The position numbers were made by a program, and so were the translations under genes. Shown one piece after another: positions 20,770 to 30,059 of a stretch of 58,889 nucleotides of DNA. The stretch's first letter is position 1, and each line of letters opens with the position of its first letter. Origin of the DNA: an uncultured Thermodesulfobacteriota bacterium (GTDB taxonomy: Bacteria; Desulfobacterota; Zymogenia; Zymogenales; Zymogenaceae); NCBI GenBank assembly GCA_964542895.1, contig CAZIWT010000005.1:863-59751 (forward strand). The letters are read 5' to 3'. The notes under the pieces are model-generated. The model ran no database searches. It had not been told where the DNA came from and saw nothing but the letters and a program-made list of their open reading frames with translations.

Positions 20770-22623
20770 ATGATGAATAAGGAGGAGGAAGGCAAATTGC
20801 CCGAAGAGAATCTGAATGAGATTGCGGCGTCCGCAGTCAAGGAGGAGAAGAAAGTAGTCAAGGAAGTGGACATCGAAAAGCTCTACGAGGAGAGCCTGGA
20901 GAGACTCAAGGAGGACGAGATAGTCAAGGGTAAGGTCATTCAGGTAACAAAGGATTTTGTCCTGGTCGACGTGGGGTATAAGTCCGAGGGACAGATTCCG
21001 ATCGAGGAATTTGCCGACGGTGGTAAGGGTAAGGTGGAAGTTCAGGTAGGCGACGAGGTGGATGTCTACATCGAAAGGAGCGAGAACGAAAACGGAATGG
21101 TCGTTCTCTCCAAGGAGAAGGCGGATCAGTTCATCCTGTGGGACGAGATTAGAAAGGCGTGTGAGGATGACGAGATTGTCGAGGGTAAAATTGTCGGCAA
21201 GATAAAGGGGGGATTGATAGTTGATATAGGCGTTAAGGCATTTCTCCCCGGCTCCCAGATCGATCTCCACCCGGTGAGAAACCTCGACTCCCTCCTCGGC
21301 CAGACTCACCGTTTCAAGATAGTCAAGTTCAATCGCAGGAGGGGAAACATAGTCCTCTCCAGAAGGGCGCTCTTGGAGCAGGAGCGCGAGGAGCAGAAGA
21401 AGGAGACCATAAAAATCCTGGAGGAGGGGATGATCCTCGAGGGCGTGGTGAAGAACATCACAGACTACGGGGCGTTTATCGACCTCGGGGGGATCGACGG
21501 GCTCCTCCACATAACGGATATTTCCTGGGGCAGGGTAAACCACCCGACCGAGCAGCTCTCCATCGGAGAAAAGACTCAGGTAAAGGTCCTCAAGTTTGAC
21601 AAGGAGAAAGAGCGGGTCTCCCTCGGAATGAAGCAGATTACCCCGAATCCGTGGGATCATGCCACGGATAAATACGTCCACGGAAACAGGGTTACGGGCA
21701 AGGTCGTAAGCCTGACCGATTACGGGGCGTTCATCGAGCTGGAGGAGGGGATAGAGGGGCTGGTCCATATATCGGAGATGTCCTGGACAAAAAATATCAA
21801 GAGCCCGACCCAGGTGGTGTCCCTCAGCGACGAGGTGGAGACGGTGGTCCTCAATGTGGACGCCGAGAACAAGAGGATATCTCTGGGACTCAAGCAGGTC
21901 GAGCCGAATCCCTGGGAGACAATAAAAGAAAAATACAGCCCCGGGACGGTTATCAAGGGGACCGTGAAGAACGTCACGGAGTTCGGCGTCTTTGTCGGGA
22001 CCGACGAGGGCGTGGACGGCCTCGTTCACATCTCCGATATCTCCTGGCACAAAAAGATAAAACACCCCGCCGAGTATTACAAGAGGGGACAGGAGGTGGA
22101 GGCGGTTGTTCTGAACGTGGATCCCGCGGCGGAGCGCTTCTCGCTGGGGATAAAACAGCTTTCCGATGATCCGTGGAAGACAGAGTTTGCGGAGAAGTAC
22201 AAGCCGGGCACGATAGTCGAGGGCGAGGTCGTCAGCATAACGAGCTTCGGCGTATTCCTGAAGCTTCAGGAAGATATAGAGGGACTCGTCCACGTATCCG
22301 AGCTCGCCAAGGGAAGGGTGGAAGACCCCCAGAAGTTCTGCAAGGTGGGGGATACGCTCAAGGCCGTAGTGATAAACCTCGATTCCCATGAGAAGAAGAT
22401 CGGTTTGTCCCTGAGGGCCCTTATCCAGTCGGAGGAGCAGGGTGATGTCTCAAGCTACATGGACAACCAGGAGGGGCGAAACGTAGTGCTCGGCGATGTC
22501 CTTAAAAAGAAGTTTGAAGAGACAAATGTCTCCTTTTCCAACGGAGAAGATAAGGGCGAAGATAAAGGTGAAGAAGAGAGCGAAGATAAGGCGGAAGAGG
22601 ATACAGAAGAGAAGGAAGAATAG
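20770..22623 (+). CDS. rpsA: 30S ribosomal protein S1 (six S1 domains plus acidic C-terminal tail)
   Basis: VDVGYKSEG, KAFLPGSQ, DYGAFIDLGGIDGLLHITDISW and further GLVHISE/D repeats. Confidence 0.98.
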   Translation: MMNKEEEGKLPEENLNEIAASAVKEEKKVVKEVDIEKLYEESLERLKEDEIVKGKVIQVTKDFVLVDVGYKSEGQIPIEEFADGGKGKVEVQVGDEVDVYIERSENENGMVVLSKEKADQFILWDEIRKACEDDEIVEGKIVGKIKGGLIVDIGVKAFLPGSQIDLHPVRNLDSLLGQTHRFKIVKFNRRRGNIVLSRRALLEQEREEQKKETIKILEEGMILEGVVKNITDYGAFIDLGGIDGLLHITDISWGRVNHPTEQLSIGEKTQVKVLKFDKEKERVSLGMKQITPNPWDHATDKYVHGNRVTGKVVSLTDYGAFIELEEGIEGLVHISEMSWTKNIKSPTQVVSLSDEVETVVLNVDAENKRISLGLKQVEPNPWETIKEKYSPGTVIKGTVKNVTEFGVFVGTDEGVDGLVHISDISWHKKIKHPAEYYKRGQEVEAVVLNVDPAAERFSLGIKQLSDDPWKTEFAEKYKPGTIVEGEVVSITSFGVFLKLQEDIEGLVHVSELAKGRVEDPQKFCKVGDTLKAVVINLDSHEKKIGLSLRALIQSEEQGDVSSYMDNQEGRNVVLGDVLKKKFEETNVSFSNGEDKGEDKGEEESEDKAEEDTEEKEE

Positions 22624-22774
22624 TTTTCTGAATTCATTGGGCGGAAAGAAGGGTAGGGGGAGAGAAGGGGAGGAGGAGATTTCTGGCGATGGGAACTTAA
22701 ATGGCGGGAAATCGCTTAAAGAGGTCTTTTGGAGCAAGAGGCCCTTTGTTTAGCTGCTTTTATTTAACCAATAT

Positions 22775-22808
22775 ACTGGTTCAGGCGCTGTCTGAACCGG
22801 TTTCTTTT
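22775..22808 (+). terminator. Probable intrinsic terminator after rpsA
   Basis: ACTGGTTCAG-GCGCTGT-CTGAACCGGT followed by TTCTTTT. Confidence 0.55.
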
Positions 22809-22831
22809 ATATAGAAAATGAGGTGGAAAGA

Positions 22832-23719
22832 ATGGCCAAACGAAAGGGGATAATTATTACCGCAATCATCGCGGTCTCACTGGCGGTGATTGTAGGTATT
22901 TACTCCTTATCTATATATATAGTTATGGGGGTAAAGCCCTTTTCCAAGGGCGTGGGTATAATCGAGGTCGAGGGGGTAATTTACGATTCCGGGGATGTGA
23001 TCAAAAATATAAAGGATTTCAAAAAGAGGGAGGATATAGCCGCCGTCGTCTTGAGGGTGGAATCCCCCGGGGGAGGGGTGGCCGCGGCCCAGGAGATATA
23101 CGAGGAGCTTAGTAAGCTGGCGTCGGAAAAGGTTGTGGTGACCTCCATGGGAGGCGTTGCGGCCTCGGCGGGCTACTACATCTCGCTGGGTACGAACTAT
23201 ATCTTCGCAAATCCGGGCACCACGACCGGCAGTATCGGCGTTATACTTCAGGGGCTGGAGTTTCACAACGCCCTCGATTCCCTCGGAATAAAGGGATTTA
23301 TCATCAAGAGCGGAAAGTTCAAGGACACCGGTAGTCCCTTTCGGGAGATGACGGTGGAGGAGAGGCAGTACCTGCAGGACTATATCGATAATATCTTTCA
23401 GCAGTTTGTAAATGTCGTGGTTAAGGAGAGGAAGCTTCCCAGGGAGAAGGTGCTGGAGATCGCGGACGGAAGGATCCTGAGCGGCGAGCAGGCGTTGAAG
23501 CTCAAGCTCATCGACGAGCTGGGAAACATGGAGGACGCCGTCAAAAAGGCCGCCGAGATGGCCGGTATCGAGGGGGAGCCGAAGCTCGTATATCCCCCGA
23601 AGGAGAAGGTCTCTCTCCTCTCGATCCTCCTCTCCGATATGAAGACCGAGCTTGTCGATGCGATGTATGACAAGCTTATGGAAAACAGGGTCAGGGTCGA
23701 ATACAGGCTTGTGCCCTGA
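22832..23719 (+). CDS. sppA: Signal peptide peptidase SppA (36K type)
   Basis: N-terminal TM, LRVESPGGG, SMGGVAASAGYY (catalytic Ser), TGSIGVI, KSGKFKD. Confidence 0.96.
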   Translation: MAKRKGIIITAIIAVSLAVIVGIYSLSIYIVMGVKPFSKGVGIIEVEGVIYDSGDVIKNIKDFKKREDIAAVVLRVESPGGGVAAAQEIYEELSKLASEKVVVTSMGGVAASAGYYISLGTNYIFANPGTTTGSIGVILQGLEFHNALDSLGIKGFIIKSGKFKDTGSPFREMTVEERQYLQDYIDNIFQQFVNVVVKERKLPREKVLEIADGRILSGEQALKLKLIDELGNMEDAVKKAAEMAGIEGEPKLVYPPKEKVSLLSILLSDMKTELVDAMYDKLMENRVRVEYRLVP

Positions 23720-23728
23720 TATCTCTCC

Positions 23729-24616
23729 TTGAAAACTATTGGAAAGATGACCTGTTTTGGAAAAAAAGAACTTCTAAGCGTCGCATCTCTCCTCATCATC
23801 TTCGGTTTGATAATATGTCGGGGGGCCTTCGCCCTCGATTACATACTCATCCAGATCAAGCACAGGCCCGCGGACGAGCTCGTTGAGCTGGTTCTCCCGC
23901 TCCTTTCGGAGGGCGGCAAGGTCACGGCGGACTTAAACACCAACTCCCTCCTTGTGGTGGACGAGAGGGAGAACCTCGAAAAGGTAAAGGAGTTTATAGC
24001 CCTCGTGGACAGGCCCTCCACGCAGGTGAGGATAAGGGGGACGTTCTTCGACGAAAACACCTTCAGCGAGCTGAAGCTGGGCGTAAACTGGCTCTATTCG
24101 GACCATCACTTCGCCGTGGGAAATGTAGCCGGCATTCCCCCCGGTAAAGGTCTCTATCTCGAGGCGTCCCCTAGGGGAGGTGCCGGGAGGTCTCATCGTA
24201 CAACCGTTCAGGAGCTCCTGATCACCTCCGGCTCCTCCGGTGATTTTATTACCGGAAGAAGCGTGCCGGTGGACGGGAGGGTGACGGTATATATCAGGGA
24301 CCGGGGGATAAAGATCGAGGGGGTTTCTTTTCGGGACGTGTCCACCGGCTTCAGGGTGACGCCGGTTGTTACCGGCAACGGCAGGATCCGAATCGACGTC
24401 GAGCCCTTTCTCTCCTATTTCGTCGACGAGAGGAGGGGGGAGATCGTATTCAAGGAGGCAAAGACAAGCGTTGTGGTCACAAATGGGGTGGATGTCGTGA
24501 TAGCGTCGAGCGACTCTTCGGGGGGGAATGTGGTTTATGACGTCTTCTCCGGCTTCTCGAGCCGAGGCGACGGGGGCAGATACTACTTTGCGATAAAAGC
24601 CTCGATAGAAAAATAA
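23729..24616 (+). CDS. Short type II/III secretin-like protein (one NolW/N3-like domain plus a truncated secretin-like beta domain)
   Basis: Signal peptide (..RGAFA-LD), IKHRPADELV..LLS.GG.V.AD.NTNSLLV.D....LEKV...I..VDRP..QVRI, then beta-rich QEL...SG...FI..G.SVP and TGF.VTP. Confidence 0.7.
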   Translation: MKTIGKMTCFGKKELLSVASLLIIFGLIICRGAFALDYILIQIKHRPADELVELVLPLLSEGGKVTADLNTNSLLVVDERENLEKVKEFIALVDRPSTQVRIRGTFFDENTFSELKLGVNWLYSDHHFAVGNVAGIPPGKGLYLEASPRGGAGRSHRTTVQELLITSGSSGDFITGRSVPVDGRVTVYIRDRGIKIEGVSFRDVSTGFRVTPVVTGNGRIRIDVEPFLSYFVDERRGEIVFKEAKTSVVVTNGVDVVIASSDSSGGNVVYDVFSGFSSRGDGGRYYFAIKASIEK

Positions 24617-24644
24617 AAGTGTAAACAAAAGGGAGCAGCACTAA

Positions 24645-25061
24645 ATGGAGAATCTTGAGACAAAGGTAAAAGGACTGAAGGCGGAAGTCCAGAAGATGGC
24701 GGGGACGGCGGAAAAGTACGACCCAGAGCTGAGAAAGAAACGTAAGGATCTGAAGAGGGCCCAGAGGAAGCTGAGGAAGTTCAGGACCAGGAAGCAGTCC
24801 ATCGACGCCAAGATGGAAAAGGTCAGGGAGAAGCACGAGAGGGCCAAGAAGAAGGCCGAAGAGCTTCATAAGGCCGCCGAGGAGGCGAGGGTCGAGGGGG
24901 AGAAGGTAAAGGAGGAGAAAGAGAAGGAGGTCAAAGAGGAGGTGGAAGAAAAGGGAGAGAAGAAGGCCGAGGCCAAGGCGGAGCCGGCCGAGAAGGCGGA
25001 TGATTCAAAACCGGAGGATAAAGAGGCCGGGGGGGATGCCAAGGAGGAGGGGAAGGAGTAG
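24645..25061 (+). CDS. Highly charged coiled-coil/low-complexity protein
   Basis: GGGAG RBS; basic N-half (ELRKKRKDLKRAQRKLRKFR) and E/K/A-rich acidic C-half. Confidence 0.7.
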   Translation: MENLETKVKGLKAEVQKMAGTAEKYDPELRKKRKDLKRAQRKLRKFRTRKQSIDAKMEKVREKHERAKKKAEELHKAAEEARVEGEKVKEEKEKEVKEEVEEKGEKKAEAKAEPAEKADDSKPEDKEAGGDAKEEGKE

Positions 25062-25266
25062 CACAAAGGCCGTTTCAGGGGCCGCTCAATCCATGGAGTC
25101 AATAGCTTTAATGCCCTCATTTGGCGGATGGAAAGTAATGTCGGGGGGGAGAAGGACATTTTTACAGTGGTGAGAAAGGAGTGAGGGGAGGGGACGGGGC
25201 CTTGACGGGATCGAGGGCCGGTTTACGGCGGTCTATGAATTTCGAGCTCATGTTTTTAATCAAGAA

Positions 25267-26145
25267 ATGAAAGATATAAAACCGCCGCTTCTGGGAGCGC
25301 ATGTTTCCATTGCAGGCGGAATCTATACAGCCGCGGACAGGGCGGCGGAGCTCTCCATGAACTGCTTCCAAATTTTCACCAAGAACAACAACAGGTGGCA
25401 GACCAAGAAGTTTGCCCCCGGTGAGCCGGAGAGATTTTTGGAGGCGGTATCAAGCGGGGGGTTCAAGGGAGTGGTGGCCCACGTGGATTACCTGACGAGC
25501 CTGGCATCTCCCGACGACGCCATCCGGGAGAAATCGAAGGCGGGCCTGGTGAAGGAGCTTGGTAGGTGCAGGGAGCTCAAGATCAAGGTTCTCGTGATCC
25601 ATCCCACAAGCCACGGCGGCGCGGGGGTGGAGGGCGGGATAAGGCGCTACGCCGCAGGATTGAGGGAGGTAATCGGTGAGTTCGATGACGATGGGGGAGG
25701 GGATGTTACCATCCTCCTCGAGACCGTCGCCGGGCAGGGAAACGCGATAGGCAGAAGCTTCGAGGAGCTCGACGCAATCCGGGAAGAGACGGGATTTAAA
25801 GACCGTCTCGGCGTCTGCTACGACACGTGCCACACATTTGCGGCCGGCTACGACATCACGACGGGGGAAAAGTACGAGTCGGTAATCGAGGAGTTCGACA
25901 GGGTGCTCGGTCTCGAGAGCCTCAGGCTCTTTCATCTGAACGACTCTAAGAAGGGCCTCGGCTCGAACGTGGATCGGCATCAGCACATCGGCTGGGGCGA
26001 GATGGGCCTCGAGCCGTTCAGGCTGATAATGAACGACGACAGATTCGCCGGGATTCCCAAGATAATAGAGACCCCCAAGGAGGGTGACTATCTCAAGTAC
26101 GACAGGATAAACCTCGACACGCTCATCGGCCTTGTGGGGAAATAA
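25267..26145 (+). CDS. nfo: Endonuclease IV (AP endonuclease 2)
   Basis: GAHVSIAGG, QIFTKN, LLETVAGQG, DTCH, HLNDS, DRH, IETP (trinuclear Zn ligands). Confidence 0.97.
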   Translation: MKDIKPPLLGAHVSIAGGIYTAADRAAELSMNCFQIFTKNNNRWQTKKFAPGEPERFLEAVSSGGFKGVVAHVDYLTSLASPDDAIREKSKAGLVKELGRCRELKIKVLVIHPTSHGGAGVEGGIRRYAAGLREVIGEFDDDGGGDVTILLETVAGQGNAIGRSFEELDAIREETGFKDRLGVCYDTCHTFAAGYDITTGEKYESVIEEFDRVLGLESLRLFHLNDSKKGLGSNVDRHQHIGWGEMGLEPFRLIMNDDRFAGIPKIIETPKEGDYLKYDRINLDTLIGLVGK

Positions 26146-26171
26146 CTTTTTCGACCTTGAGGACCAAAACG

Positions 26172-26945
26172 ATGACAAAGCAATATAAAAACATTATCTA
26201 TGAATACTCTGATGGGGTGGGGATCGTCACCCTGAACCGGCAGAGGGAGATGAACGCCCTCTCGAAAAGCCTCTGTCAGGAGCTCTCTCATCTGATGGAG
26301 ATTGTAAAGGATGATGACGCTGTAAAAACCCTCCTCATCACCGGCGGAAGCGAGGTGTTCTCCGCCGGGATTGACATCGAGGAGCTCGTGAAGCTCGCCC
26401 CCCACCAATACCAGGATCACTTCGAGCCGATAATCGACTACTATCTCGACCTTTACGATTTCCCGAAGCCGATGGTCGCGGCGGTGATGGGTATCGCGAT
26501 GGGCGGGGGCTTCAACCTCGCACTCTCGTGCGACTTCATCATAGCGTCTGATACATCCATCTTCGCCCATCCGGAGGTGAAGTTCGGCCTCAATCCGATC
26601 TTCGATCCCCTCTGGAGGAGGGTGGGCATTGCAAGGGCGAAGGAGATAACGATGACGGGCGAGCCGATAGGCGCCCACGAGGCGGAGCGGATGGGATTGG
26701 TGAACAGGGTGTTGCCGGCGGAAGAGGTGATGGAGGCGGCGATGACACTGGCAAAGAATATCGCCGGAAAATCCCCCAAGGTCCTCTCCATGATCAAGCG
26801 GGTCTCGGATCTCGTCCCCAGGCTGGACAGGCGCTCCGCCATAGAGCACGAGGTGGAGCTCTCGGCGCTCCTCCTCTCCTACGAGGAGACCAGAACGAAG
26901 CTGAGCGAGGCGCTGGAAAAGCTCAAGAGTAAAAAGAGGAAATAG
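26172..26945 (+). CDS. Enoyl-CoA hydratase/isomerase (crotonase) family protein
   Basis: TLNR..MNAL, FSAGID, PKPMVAAV.G.AMGGG, PEVKFGL. Confidence 0.93.
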   Translation: MTKQYKNIIYEYSDGVGIVTLNRQREMNALSKSLCQELSHLMEIVKDDDAVKTLLITGGSEVFSAGIDIEELVKLAPHQYQDHFEPIIDYYLDLYDFPKPMVAAVMGIAMGGGFNLALSCDFIIASDTSIFAHPEVKFGLNPIFDPLWRRVGIARAKEITMTGEPIGAHEAERMGLVNRVLPAEEVMEAAMTLAKNIAGKSPKVLSMIKRVSDLVPRLDRRSAIEHEVELSALLLSYEETRTKLSEALEKLKSKKRK

Positions 26946-26954
26946 GTGTAAAAG

Positions 26955-27425
26955 ATGACCGGAGCTCCCCCGGGACCTGATGACAGGTTTTTGGATTCTC
27001 CCGTCTTCGAGGAGATGAGCGGCAAAGAGGTGAAGCGCCTCTTCCGCTACCTTGAGAGGAGGGAGTTTCCCGAAAACAGCACGATATTTATCGAGAAGAT
27101 GGACGGCGAGTCCCTCTTTCTGATCGCCGATGGGAGGGTGGAGTTGACCTGGATGGTTGCGGAGGGGAAGGAGAAGAAATTGGCGGAGCTCTCTTCCGGA
27201 GAGAGTTTCGGGGAGCTGGCTCTCTTCGATCCCGGCCCCAGGGCCGTTACGGCTAAGGTAATCGAAGGCTCGGATATATATATTCTTACAAAGGAGAAGT
27301 TCAAGGAGATGAGGAAGAAGGATCCGGAGATCTGCTTGAGTCTCGTGGTCGCCCTGTCGAAGAAGATCGCCCGGAGCCTGAGGGGAAGCATAAAGACGCT
27401 GTCGGATTCAATCGTAAAGGGTTGA
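26955..27425 (+). CDS. Stand-alone cyclic-nucleotide-binding domain protein
   Basis: Phosphate-binding cassette GESFGELALFDPGPRAVTA; no Crp HTH. Confidence 0.9.
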   Translation: MTGAPPGPDDRFLDSPVFEEMSGKEVKRLFRYLERREFPENSTIFIEKMDGESLFLIADGRVELTWMVAEGKEKKLAELSSGESFGELALFDPGPRAVTAKVIEGSDIYILTKEKFKEMRKKDPEICLSLVVALSKKIARSLRGSIKTLSDSIVKG

Positions 27426-27428
27426 TGG

Positions 27429-28547
27429 ATGGGGGCTGGAAGTGACAGCGGAAATAGTGACAGTAGGGGGAATAGTATTAATTATAAAAGTGATCGTGGA
27501 GGAAATCGCAGGAGGGTGGCCGCCGTGGATGTGGGAAGCAACACAGTCAGGCTCATGGTGGCGGAGGAGAAACCGGGACCCAAAAGGGGGGACAAGCGTC
27601 CCCCCTTTGACGTTTTGGAGAGGAGCAATAAAATAACGAGGCTCGGCGAGGGGATGGGCGACGGGTGGAGAAAGGGAAGGGGGCTGAAGGTGGGGGCGAT
27701 CGAGAGGACCGTGGACGCCCTCTCACGGTTTAAGAGTATGTGGGAAGAGCTCGGGGCCTCGGACTACAAGGTTGTGGCCACGAGTGCCGCGAGGGAGGCG
27801 GAAAACGGCGGGGAGCTTGTCGGTGCCGCCGAAGATCTGGGGATCGGGGTAGATATCATCTCGGAGCTGGAAGAGGCGAGGCTCTCGCTTGCGGGGATAG
27901 CGGGTTCTGCGGGTGTCGATATCGACAGGGGGTCGGCGCTGATATTTGACGTGGGCGGGGGGAGCACAGAGTTTACCCTGACAGAGGGGGGCCGCGTGGT
28001 CGACACGATAAGCACCGACCTGGGCGTGGTGAGATTGAAGGAGATGTTTTTGGCCCACGACCCCCCGGAGGAAATAGAGATCCTCGATCTCAAGAATTTT
28101 GTGGAAAAACGGCTCTCGTTGGTATATAATCGCTACACAAGCGGAGCGGGCAAAAAGAGGAGGAATCCAAGAGGCGTGGGGGAGAGGAATCGGATCGATT
28201 TCCCGACGCCGCCATTTGACAAACTCGTTGGGACGGCGGGTACGGTGACCACCATAGCCGCCATCGATATGGAAGTTGAGTCGGTCGACAGGTACGATCC
28301 CGTGAACGTGGACGGCTACACATTGAGTTACTCGCGGATATCTGAATTGTTCGATACTTTGAAGTCGATCACGAACGAAGAGAGGTTAACGAGATTTCCG
28401 GTGCTTGAGAGGGGAAGGGAGGACGTGATCGTCGCCGGGATCGTCATCGTGCTCTCCGTAATGAAAACCTTCGACCAGGGGCTTCTGACCTCCTCCGACA
28501 GCGGGCTTTTGGAGGGGATTGCAATCGATTTGTTGGACTCGCCCTGA
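27429..28547 (+). CDS. ppx: Ppx/GppA exopolyphosphatase / guanosine pentaphosphate phosphatase (single-domain type)
   Basis: DVGSNTVRL, ITRLGEG, ATSAAREA.N, EEARLS, DVGGGSTE, GTAGTVTT, GLLEG. The start codon is uncertain. Confidence 0.92.
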   Translation: MGAGSDSGNSDSRGNSINYKSDRGGNRRRVAAVDVGSNTVRLMVAEEKPGPKRGDKRPPFDVLERSNKITRLGEGMGDGWRKGRGLKVGAIERTVDALSRFKSMWEELGASDYKVVATSAAREAENGGELVGAAEDLGIGVDIISELEEARLSLAGIAGSAGVDIDRGSALIFDVGGGSTEFTLTEGGRVVDTISTDLGVVRLKEMFLAHDPPEEIEILDLKNFVEKRLSLVYNRYTSGAGKKRRNPRGVGERNRIDFPTPPFDKLVGTAGTVTTIAAIDMEVESVDRYDPVNVDGYTLSYSRISELFDTLKSITNEERLTRFPVLERGREDVIVAGIVIVLSVMKTFDQGLLTSSDSGLLEGIAIDLLDSP

Positions 28548-28591
28548 TAGATGAGGCTTAAAGGATCGTTTTGAAAGACAGAGGGAAAACC

Positions 28592-30055
28592 GTGAATGCA
28601 AAAAACGATAACTGGGGGCTTACGTTTGACGACATCCTCCTTATTCCGAGAAAGACCGAGGTAATTCCGAGGGACGTTGATGTCTCGACCCGCCTTACGA
28701 AGAAGATCAGGCTCTCCATTCCACTCTTAAGCTCCGCCATGGATACTGTGACGGAGTCGGCCACGGCCATATCGATGGCCCAGGAGGGGGGTGTCGGCAT
28801 CATCCACAAAAACATGGATATCATGGAGCAGGCCCTGGAGGTGGACAAGGTCAAGAAGTCGGAGAGCGGGATGATAGTCGATCCGATAACGATCGATCCG
28901 AAGAAGAAGATCCACGAGGCCCTCGAGATAATGGAGCGGTACCGTATCTCCGGGGTTCCGGTGGTGGAGGGGAAGAAGCTCGTTGGGATACTCACCAACC
29001 GCGACCTCCGCTTCGAGACCAACCTCAACCTCGCCGTCGAAGACGTGATGACGAAGGACAACCTCGTCAAGGTCAAGGAGGGGATTACCATCGAGGAGTC
29101 GAAGAAGAAGCTCCACGAGCACAGGATCGAGAAGCTCCTGGTGGTAGATGACAAGGACAATCTCAAGGGACTCATCACGGTAAAGGATATCCAGAAGAAG
29201 ATGAAATATCCGGACGCGTCGAAGGACGGGATGGGAAGGCTCCTTGTCGGCGCCGCCGTCGGGGTGGGGCCGGACAGGGAGGCGAGGATAGAGGCGCTCC
29301 TGGGCGCAAAGGTGGATATAATAGTTATCGATACCGCCCACGCCCACTCCAAGCTTGTGATAGACGCCGTCTCCGACACGAAGAAGAACTTCGACGACGT
29401 AGAGCTGATCTGCGGAAACGTGGCAACGGCGGAAGCGTGCAGCGCGCTGATAAAGGCGGGGGCGGACGCGGTCAAGGTGGGGATAGGCCCCGGCTCCATC
29501 TGCACAACGAGGATAGTGGCCGGGGTTGGGATGCCCCAGTTTTCCGCGATAAGGGACTGCTTTGCCGCCGCAAAAAAGACGGGTACCCCCATCATTGCGG
29601 ACGGCGGGATAAAGTTTTCGGGGGACGTCACCAAGGCGGTCGCCGCGGGGGCGGACACTATAATGATCGGGGGCCTCTTTGCGGGAACGGACGAGAGCCC
29701 CGGCGAGATCATCCTCTTTCAGGGGAGGTCATACAAGACCTACAGGGGGATGGGCTCCATCGAGGCGATGAAGGAGGGATCGAGCGATCGCTATTTTCAG
29801 GGGGACGTGGAAGAGGCGGGAAAGCTCGTGCCGGAGGGGATAGAGGGGAGGGTGCCGTACAAGGGGCCCCTCTCGCTCTCGATAACCCAGCTAGTCGGCG
29901 GGCTCAAGTCCGGGATGGGATACCTGGGGGCGAAAAACTTAGAGGAGCTCAAGGGGAAAATCCCCTATGTCCGAATCACGCCGGCGGGATTGAGGGAGAG
30001 CCACGTCCACGACGTAATAATTACGAAGGAAGCGCCGAACTACCGTTTGGAGTAG
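28592..30055 (+). CDS. guaB: IMP dehydrogenase with CBS pair
   Basis: [28 protein letters not shown] (catalytic Cys), ADGGI, YRGMGS, VPEGIEG. Confidence 0.99.
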   Translation: MNAKNDNWGLTFDDILLIPRKTEVIPRDVDVSTRLTKKIRLSIPLLSSAMDTVTESATAISMAQEGGVGIIHKNMDIMEQALEVDKVKKSESGMIVDPITIDPKKKIHEALEIMERYRISGVPVVEGKKLVGILTNRDLRFETNLNLAVEDVMTKDNLVKVKEGITIEESKKKLHEHRIEKLLVVDDKDNLKGLITVKDIQKKMKYPDASKDGMGRLLVGAAVGVGPDREARIEALLGAKVDIIVIDTAHAHSKLVIDAVSDTKKNFDDVELICGNVATAEACSALIKAGADAVKVGIGPGSICTTRIVAGVGMPQFSAIRDCFAAAKKTGTPIIADGGIKFSGDVTKAVAAGADTIMIGGLFAGTDESPGEIILFQGRSYKTYRGMGSIEAMKEGSSDRYFQGDVEEAGKLVPEGIEGRVPYKGPLSLSITQLVGGLKSGMGYLGAKNLEELKGKIPYVRITPAGLRESHVHDVIITKEAPNYRLE

Positions 30056-30059
30056 TCAA

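Noticed and set aside
20716-22389. 557-aa antisense ORF opposite rpsA, plus similar long shadow ORFs opposite carB, dnaE, guaB and the acylase
   Set aside because: These are expected by-products of GC-rich codon bias on the opposite strand and have no motifs or RBS.
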